From Lingula anatina (lineage: Eukaryota; Animalia; Brachiopoda): a stretch of DNA of 64,000 bases. Under the pieces are notes generated by a model. That model was not told where the DNA came from. It worked only from the letters and a program-made list of their open reading frames with translations, and searched no databases. The position numbers and the translations under genes were made by a program. The stretch covers positions 8,556,001 through 8,620,000 of the forward strand of contig CM120641.1 of NCBI GenBank assembly GCA_051362555.1. The letters are read 5' to 3'. Position 1 is the first letter of the stretch. Every line of letters starts with the position of its first letter. This document shows positions 55,701-64,000 of the stretch, piece by piece.

Positions 55701-57908
55701 AATCACCTTCAATTATATGTTCAATCATGATATTTCTTTAAACATTTGAAAAAAAATTCTAAATATTAAGATTTAGTGTTTCAAAGTACAAAATGATTCT
55801 CAACAATTTTTTTACACTCATGTCACATACTTTCCTAATCTAAAAAAAAGTTTTAATGATTTTGACTGATTGCATACTAACACTTGAACTCACTTTATAT
55901 TTGAATTTTTTGTAGCACAATGTATTGGGAACCTGTAGGAATTAGTGAGCATAGGATCAGCACCATGAATCAAAAGCTCATCTAAACACTCATCTTTGTT
56001 GTGCAGTGCAGCAATATGTAATGGTGTTTCACCTTCCCCATTGCAAGTGTTCACAACTTTGGCAATATCACGAGTGGCAAGTATCTGGATTAAAAAAAAA
56101 AGACATTAGAAAATAATCTCAAAATAAAGCTCCAAAATATTTTTCTATGGAATTTCTGATCAGTTAAACATTGAGTACACATATATAAATCTAACTATAG
56201 GTTCATAGGTTCCATGCAGTCAGTATTACAAAATGATTTTTGAAAAGGACAGGTATAAAACTGTTAAACTTGACACATTAATACCTCTACATTCTCTGTA
56301 CTAAAAATGAAATGTGTTTGAAAAAAACACCCTTACTTGGCAACTAATTGAAAAACTAGTTCACTATAAGTCTTACCCTAATAATATCCCTATTTGTTAC
56401 AGCAGCATAGTGATAGGCTGTGTTCCCCAGTGCATCAATTAGGGATGTTTGAGCCTGACACACCACCAATTCTTTGACAAGATCTGTCATGTTGCTCTTC
56501 ACTGCCAAATGGATTGGTGCCAAGCCAGTTTTAGGATCAGCGGAGTTTATGAAACTATTATATCAGATATACATTATAAATCCAAATTTATAAAAAATGT
56601 ATTCATAAAAAGGATGGGAGATTACATCAATGATCTTATGACTGAATATTTTAGGTGTTTAGTTGAAAATGCAGGCCACTCCAGAAACAATGTGGGATCA
56701 GGGGTAGTCGCGTATAATGTACTACTGTGAATACCACTATATATTTGGGGCAATTTGGTGAATATGTACACTTGCAGCAAAAATGTACATGGATTGACCT
56801 GGACCCATTTTCAGCTAATCCATATCATGCCACAGTATATGTAACTTTATGGATTGGTAAATTAATATTATTCTAAATTGGTGAACTCACCACAGAACTG
56901 AAGGGTGACGGAGACTATTTTTCAGTCCAAGTTGAGTAGCAAGGTGAGCACAAGACCAAGTTGGGTTTTCTCTTAAGCAGTCTATCAGTTCTTGCAGTTT
57001 GTCTTTCTGAAGTACTGAGTGGCTACTCATTACCAGAGGATTTAATTTCTCTTGTAAATTGGTAAACTGAGACAATGCATCCATTTCTTTTTCAAGTCTG
57101 AAAAGGCTGAAGTGATACCAGTATATATAATGAGCTGCACAGTTTTTCAAAGAAATCCATGTCACCTAATTTTATTTTATGTATTTTATTGGCTTAATAA
57201 ATTATTATTATTATTATTAAGACATTTTAACTTTAGCTTTCACCCTCTTTCTACTCATTTCCACTGACAACTGGACACAAGATAAGCATTAAAAATACAA
57301 TATATGTAATGACATGTATGTACAAATTATTGGAACATTTTGTTGACAATAAGTGAAGTAAAAATAAACATGTCTAATACTTACCTGAAAGCTTTATCAG
57401 TTTGTTCTGGAAAACGCACGATTGCATCATAGGTTTTTCCCATCTTGTACAGGGCAAACAGATCCTCTTTACACACCAAACTAGAACTGAATTTTCAAAA
57501 AAAAAAAAAAAAAATTCTTTTAGATTTCAGAATAGGTGAAACATTTGAAAATGGAAAATTTTCACATACATGTAGCAGTATATGTTGTGGGAATTTTTTT
57601 TTTCAGCATGAATCACAATGTGCATGCATATTTGGATTTATGAATGTGTGCATGTGCATATATTACGTGTATTTTTTTCAATTATCTATCACATAAGTGT
57701 GCTTGTATGTATGTATTTCTGTAATAACATATATACGTGTACTTTAACAGGAATTTGTAGTAGTAGTAGTAGTAGTAGTTTTCATTACCAATATCATACA
57801 CACTCACTTGTCATAGTTCTTGGAATTGACTTCCTGTATTTTGTAGGGATTTGTGAATGACTGAACAGCATTTTGGGCTGCTCCATAAACCCGCTTCAGG
57901 AAGTCCAT
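49778..57908 (-). CDS. PLA2G6: 85/88 kDa calcium-independent phospholipase A2 (iPLA2-beta; ankyrin repeats + patatin domain), 16 coding exons
   Basis: Exons 57908-57808, 57486-57385, 57106-56891, 56554-56377, 56084-55894, 55637-55541, 55214-55032, 54590-54475, 53898-53750, 53485-53391, 52919-52766, 52531-52381, 52062-51911, 51365-51211, 50756-50589, 50047-49778 join in frame. N-terminus MDFLKRVYG...TNPYKIQEV; ankyrin repeats ([15 protein letters not shown]); patatin motifs [33 protein letters not shown]. Confidence 0.96.
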
Positions 57909-58041
57909 ACTGAAATTTAAAAAAATTATCTATATATATGAAGCTGATTGAAAGGGTTGAATGAGTGGGTGATATCTTTTAATAAAGATAAAATCCACAA
58001 CATTTTTGTCTAAGAAAACTCAGTACTAGTAAAGACATTTT

Positions 58042-58046
<5 letters not shown>

Positions 58047-58090
<44 letters not shown>
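58047..58090. repeat. (TG)n microsatellite
   Basis: Direct inspection. Confidence 0.95.
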
Positions 58091-58093
<3 letters not shown>

Positions 58094-58336
58094 GAATATA
58101 TTGCTATTCTACTGCATGGTATGTATTATACACAACCCTGAACTTGAGAACATTGAAAGTAATGGACAGTATCAATATTCCTATGCTGGCATAATGTAGG
58201 GTAAGCTTTTGGTCTTTGGTCAAGTTGATTTTACCGACCAGTGAACTGTACCTCTAATCTCCAACACATACAATGCCACTGTAACTGAGGTATGGGTAAA
58301 TCTCCTGTCTTTATATATATATATATATACAGTATG

Positions 58337-58508
58337 CTGGGGTAGCGCTAACACTCGCCAATTTAGCCAAATGCTAAAATTGACTGACTTTGGCTAAACA
58401 AAATAGGGTTAATATGACTGATTTTAGTCAAATTTAAACCATTTGGACAAAAAAGCGATGAAAAGTAGTAATTTGGCTAAATGAAAAAAATTGCTAACGC
58501 CACCCCAG
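58337..58508. mobile_element. MITE-like element in the PLA2G6 5' intron
   Basis: ctggggtagcgctaac ... gctaacgccaccccag TIRs with repeated tttagccaaa/tttggctaaa internal motifs. Confidence 0.6.
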
Positions 58509-59010
58509 ATATATGGATCTTCTAAGTAAACTATATTAATAATTTATTCTATGCATACATCAGTATATCTAATATTAAATAAACCTGACTGGCAACATGC
58601 CTTATTGCTGATAGTAGTGTGAAGCTGAAACCGAAGCCCTTCCTTAAATACAGTACCTATAAATTTAATGAAGGGTGGTACATGTAGCTTTTCTGGAAGT
58701 ACTAGTACTAGTAGTACATGTATATGATCTAAATATTCAAGCATACAATTTCAAACAGTTTATGCATACGCACATATGTGGCTATCTGTATACCAATTTT
58801 AAGTCCCTAGCATTAATAGAGAAGGTATAGTCTGACAGTTTGACAATGGATCCACCCTATGGGTACATCAATACTTGTACAAACGATTTTATTTCAGGGC
58901 GGCCACCATTGAAATTTTAACACTAACTCTAAGAACTCGCAGCACAAAAATGATGATACCACGTGCATAACTACATATGAAATAGATCGGGTGTTAAAAA
59001 ATCAACCTAC

Positions 59011-59549
59011 CTCAAATTACAGTCAAATTCGACAGTTTCAATATTCGTCTCCCAAATGTATGACTTATCAATGACCCAATGGTAGATCTATGTTTATTTA
59101 CAGATGTCGTGCTTCGAAAGAAAGGCCACATCAAAAGCCACAAGATAAACTCAAGCTACCAAAGGACATGTAACACAAAGAAAGGCTATAAATATATGTT
59201 GTTATATATATATGTAGTGTCCACATAATTATTATGTAGAGCTACGTTTGAGAGTGAATGAACAGAAACATTAAAACGTGCTCTTTAGCCTACTTGTTAC
59301 ACGACCTCTCAGCTGCAGTGCTGCAGTTCAGTCGCGAATTCTGAGAAATTTATTTCTCAAGATTACAATAGGGTATTTACATGATAAGCGTGTCCCTTTT
59401 AAATATAATGTTTTTCCGTCGGAATATGTTTTGATAAGCAAGTAAAAAAATCATTAAAATTTATTTTTGTTTCGTGTGACGCACCAAGTCTTTATTTTAG
59501 GTGAAACAAACATCCGGTAAGTGGTCCACACCATCTCTTGCTCCAACGT
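59011..59549. promoter_or_regulatory. Bidirectional promoter region between the PLA2G6 5' UTR exon (-) and the DHHC/AlkD unit (+)
   Basis: A minus-strand donor GAG|GTAGGT ends a putative non-coding PLA2G6 exon at 59011 (the PLA2G6 ATG exon starts with acceptor TTCAG|TATG). The region is locally CpG-rich relative to both gene bodies and has an ETS-type ACATCCGGT at 59510-59518. Confidence 0.6.
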
Positions 59550-60587
59550 ATGGTAGATTACAAGAAAATGGGGATTTTCGGTGTTTTTGGACGCAATGGC
59601 AGTAATTGGAGATTGAAAGCTTTAGCCATTTGGAATTTAATTGCCTTCTCATACTTTTGCACCCTAACATCGCTTACTACATACCTGGTTTTATTTGAAA
59701 TGATCCCATTTATCTTTGGAGAATTCGCTACTTCAGTTATGAAACATGACATTTTTACGTGTTTTATACTCCTACAAGTTGTAGGTAACGTTGTACTTGT
59801 GATCACAACCGATTCATCAATTCACAATCTACCTCCATTATGGAACAAACCAGAAATAAGGAATATATCTTCACGAAAAAGAAAAACTACTGATGAACAA
59901 AAGAAAAACTTAGTCAAAATTTCAAATCAGTCTGTGACCAGACGAAAAGATGCAGATAAGAATATGAACAGCAGCAGTGCAGGTACACCAGAAATGGATG
60001 CCAAAAGTCCTTTGCACAATGAAACGGAAGAAATAAATACAACAGTGTGTGATTCCTGCAATGCTTTAGCTCCAAAAAGAAGTCATCACTGTTTGTTGTG
60101 CAATGAATGCATCCTGAAACGTGACCATCATTGTTTCTTCATGTGCACTTGTATTGGCTTCTACAATCAAAAATATTTTATACTATGGTGTTTTTACATG
60201 TTCATTGGATCATTTTATTCCCTAGTCATCATCGCCATGTATTTAAAGAAATATTTTAATATCAGCTTTGGAATGTTTACTCTGTTAACTCTCTTGCCAA
60301 ATACTCTCTATGGGTGGTGGTTTGAAAGTTCTGTAATTCCATACCAATTGTTAATAGTAGGAGTGTTTTATGCATGCTTGACTTGTGGGCTGGCAGCAGC
60401 AGGTTTCTTTTACTGGCAGCTTTACATTGTATTACAAGGACAGACTACATATGAAGCTTGGAAAGGAATACTAACATATAGCGACAGTGAAATGCTTTGC
60501 AATTTTAAGGATGTTTTTGGGCCTTTTTGGTATATTTCCATATTTTTGCCACTCCCCTTGCCACAAAAAGGATTAGGAGTATATTAA
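59550..60587 (+). CDS. Intronless DHHC-type palmitoyltransferase (ZDHHC22/ZDHHC24-like)
   Basis: Single ORF; first ATG at 59550 (the track starts at TTG 59538). It has 2 TM helices, the Cys-rich domain CDSC..APKRSHHCLLCNECILKRDHHCFFMCTCIGFYNQKYF, 2 further TM helices and the TTxE motif (QTTYE). Confidence 0.92.
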   Translation: MVDYKKMGIFGVFGRNGSNWRLKALAIWNLIAFSYFCTLTSLTTYLVLFEMIPFIFGEFATSVMKHDIFTCFILLQVVGNVVLVITTDSSIHNLPPLWNKPEIRNISSRKRKTTDEQKKNLVKISNQSVTRRKDADKNMNSSSAGTPEMDAKSPLHNETEEINTTVCDSCNALAPKRSHHCLLCNECILKRDHHCFFMCTCIGFYNQKYFILWCFYMFIGSFYSLVIIAMYLKKYFNISFGMFTLLTLLPNTLYGWWFESSVIPYQLLIVGVFYACLTCGLAAAGFFYWQLYIVLQGQTTYEAWKGILTYSDSEMLCNFKDVFGPFWYISIFLPLPLPQKGLGVY

Positions 60588-62732
60588 ATTTACTACTCAG
60601 CAGCATCTACATTATTTACGTTTCATGTTATGGTAAATTAACTTTTGTTAATATCTGTAGTTATCTGACAGCTGTCCTATTGCCAAAAGGATTAGAAATA
60701 TACTTTTTTGGGCTATGTTAATGAGATTTAATCTTGTAATATTTTGACCTTTTATCAGAGACATTTAATATCATTCTGCTTGCCACCAAAATGATTTGGA
60801 ATATGCTAACTTTGTTTTTGTACAATGTTTTAGATGTTTTACAGTATTATAGTTTTGTTTATTAACATCTATCAAGCATGTGCCATTTTGATACTCTACC
60901 AGGGGCTCTTCTAGTTGTTACCATACACATCCAATTTTATAACAGAAGAGCCTTGGTAGAAGTACCATGTTGGTGCCTTTATACTTAAAACACTTTACTG
61001 CCAGTCAAAAGGATTAGAAATATTTATGTTTTAAGGCTGTATTAATGAGATAAAACGTAATATTTGATTTTTTGCAAAAGACTGTCCAAGGTAGATGATC
61101 CATACAGCCCTAGAGTTATGCTACCACATGCATTTAAAATTTTCACATTTATGTATTTTTGCCTGTCTTTCTAAGGTTAAAAAAACAACTTAAGTGAGCT
61201 ATTTATAGCTGTTCCATAGTAACTGAATTTTTGCTGACTAGATGGATCCATAACATCACTCGTGAGATTCATTGATAAGGACTCTGTTCTGTTTGAAGTG
61301 TGTCTTCTAATTCTGGAGCAAAGATGACTTACTAGTATTGATTAATATGATATAGTTACTTGTTTATAAGATTAAAAAGTTTGAAAAGGGGGGTAAATAT
61401 TTTAAGGATGCTTTGTATTTTTCACAACCCTGCCTAAGTGGTAAAAGAATCTCATATTGCAAAAGTATAATGGGGATCATCCACGAAAAGCCTACTAAGT
61501 GTCTGACATCAGTGCATAGCATCATGCTAGATTAGTTTCAAGTACGGGAATCCTTGTGAAGTAGGGTTAACTTTAAGTAGATGAGGATGAAACTCTACGC
61601 ATCAGGAAGGTCATTTCAAGACTGTAACAAAAGTGATGCACAAAACATGGTGTTGTGCAGTTGACTCCATTTCAGCATTTCAGAAGAAAATAACCATAAA
61701 ATATGTACAGGTGAATTCTGTCAGCTTTTATTTGTTGCAGCACTGCTTAGTTGTACATTATTTGTAACCCCTCTTTCCTCCAAATCCTGTGAAATCTTTA
61801 TTGATTTTACATTTTTGTGCAATTATGTTCATTATTATGACAAACTGCAAAAATCATTATTTCTTCTGGCAAAAGACAGCATTTTGATTTGGTGAATGTT
61901 ACCAGTACTTTTAATAAAGTTTGTTGGTATTTACTGAGAAATTACATTATGTTCCCTTTTTTCATAAAATTAATGCAGTAATAATTTGATGTCAGTGCTG
62001 TTGCTGTTTTTCATATTGAAGATATATGGCAATACTTACACATGAATTTCAAGAACAGCTGAACTAATCTTTGACAAATTAAAGAGTGATGAATGAATTT
62101 AAATAGCTTATTCTTGTTTATTTGACATAAAATTTTTTAACAAACTGACTTTATCAAAATATACAATTCACTTTGAGTACCTGTGTTGGAACCGTTCAAA
62201 ATAAACCTGTGAGATGACTTGAACTATATCATGCTGTGGCTCAAAGATTTATTTAAGATATGTATATTTTAATGTATCCCATTTAACTCTAAAGGGTGAT
62301 ATAGCCATTTTCTAATTCAAGTTATGTCCTTGAGTATCATCATTAAACATAATTGAACTACTCAAAAATATTTGACAATTTTTTCAGTAAAAGTGTTATG
62401 CCAATGAAAATTTTGATCTTTTCTTTTAAGAAAAATTCAAATAATAATAATATTGTATCAATCTATCTATATAAACATGGGCTTTCCTTAGGAAGATTCA
62501 GGTTGCATAACTTTTTTTCACTCAATACACATAAACAATAAAAATGACAATTTGGATGGGTGTTTTTCACATGGAAATGCTGACTGGAATATTCCAGACA
62601 GACAAAGTTTAGACCAGTAGAAACACTGATATATATACATAAAAATGGTAATGATTAACTGAATGTGTGTATTGTGCCTTTTTATTATTCTATTTTCCAG
62701 ACAATTGAAGGAAGAATTTTTCAGTCAGTGTC

Positions 62733-63529
62733 ATGCCTAAAGTTAAAAGCAACTTAAAGCTTGCACAGTGCAGGAGAAGCACACAGAGCAATTTTCAAAG
62801 AGGCAATACCCCTTTACAAATTGTTAACCATGTCAAAAAAGAATTCGGTCTTAGTGCAAATAAGGATAAAGCTGCTGGAATGAAGAAATACATGAGAAAT
62901 AAATTTGAGTTTTATGGGCTTCAGGCAACAGAAAGAAGAACTATAGAAAGACAGGTATTTATTTTTCAGATTGGAGTAATGTGTGTTATATATGCTAAAA
63001 TTAGTGCAGTATGTGCATCAACTGTTTCTTGTTCACAAAAGTCTAAAAGCAGTTAGATTTTCAAAATAACCTTAAAATAAATAACCTGTGCTTTACATTT
63101 ATTTAATTAACCATTTAAAGGATCTTTTAAGAATGTTTCATCCCATTATTATTTGTATCATAAAATATGTACTGGTACAGATGAGAGGTTTTATAGTGGT
63201 GATATTTCTAAAAAAAAAAGGTCTATGAATGCGTCTTGAGCAATTTTTGTCCCCAACCCTGCCTCAATGACAAAGTTAAAGTATGATTTTTGTTATGTAG
63301 GTCATGAAAAATTACCCAAAACTGAATGCATCATGCCTTTGGGAGGTGATGAAGTTAGCTTGGTCACAGGATCGCAGGGAGATGCAATACTTTGCTGTAG
63401 AGTGTGCGATACACAACAAAAACATCCTCAGCACAGACAAAACAACATGTTTAGAGACTGTGGAAAACATAAAAAACTTTCTTGTCAGTGAAAAGAGTTG
63501 GTGGGACACCGTTGATAGCCTAAGTGGTG
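62733..63529 (+). CDS. AlkD-family DNA alkylation repair enzyme (HEAT-like repeat DNA glycosylase), first two coding exons; gene continues beyond the window
   Basis: Exon 62701/62733-62954 (acceptor TTTTCCAG at 62700, donor CAG|GTATTT) joins in phase 0 to exon 63301-~63529 (acceptor TGTAG). Translation ANKDKAAGMKKYMRNKFEFYGLQATERR...LAWSQDRREMQYFA...SEKSWWDTVDSL matches the Bacillus AlkD pattern NPEKA..M..YMKN.F.F.G.QT.ERR...LW..PERE.Q..A...KSWWDTVDS. Confidence 0.88.
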
Positions 63530-64000
63530 GTAGGCCATAATTTCACATTGCTAAATATAATTTACTTGAGAAATATTGATGGAAAAGTGAAATCTTACGA
63601 GCCAAGTTATTGTTCACTGAAAATATTTCTTAATATTCTATAAACCAGCCCCATTCAATTGCATCCATTTGGATAATAGACTTCATTGAAGGTAGATTTG
63701 GCAAATTATTGAATTTGTAATATCTTAGAGAAATTTTGGGATTTGAAAAAAAGGTCTTCACCTTCAAAACAGTTCATGTTATCTGTTCATTAATTTACAA
63801 CTTGACAGTGCAATACAGAATTTTTATGGAGCTTTATTTACCCAACTAAAAATGATGCACTTAATTTAGAAATCAATATTAAATTTTTGTTCAAGTTAAA
63901 AATTGTAAAAAAATTGCTGTAGCAATGAGCACTGTTCTATGAGCACTGTTCTATTTTAAATACATCAGATCTTTTCTTAAGTGAGTTTATACCTTTTTCA

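Noticed and set aside
62733-63529. Bacterial contamination as the source of the AlkD-like sequence
   Set aside because: The coding sequence is split by a canonical spliceosomal intron, matches host base composition, and is contiguous with metazoan genes.

Overview
AT-rich eukaryotic (metazoan, probably lophotrochozoan/molluscan marine invertebrate) genomic DNA with spliced genes. Most short ORFs in the supplied track are intronic noise, so gene models were rebuilt by hand from splice sites and protein motifs. Seven genes are supported: PRDM8 (+, 3836-5864, first exon not found); a SIFamide/NPFF-type neuropeptide GPCR (-, 3 exons, 14065-26126); UBXN1 (-, 11 exons, one probable GC-AG intron); a divergent class A GPCR with an unusual ~340-aa Cys-rich ectodomain (+, 2 exons, 42377-45582); PLA2G6/iPLA2-beta (-, 16 coding exons); an intronless DHHC palmitoyltransferase (+); and the first two coding exons of an intron-containing AlkD-family (bacterial-type HEAT-repeat) DNA glycosylase that runs off the window end. 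Intergenic and intronic DNA holds a decayed Tc1 transposon, RTE and Rex/Babar LINE fragments, Helentron/DINE-like elements, Harbinger- and hAT-type MITEs, a 328-bp foldback and a perfect 5x115-bp tandem array. Best leads: the animal AlkD gene, its apparent promoter sharing with the DHHC gene (DHHC ORF possibly inside the AlkD first intron), the ectodomain-fused GPCR, and a duplicated PRDM8 splice acceptor that would give a stop-containing isoform. All family assignments come from motif recognition, not database searches.
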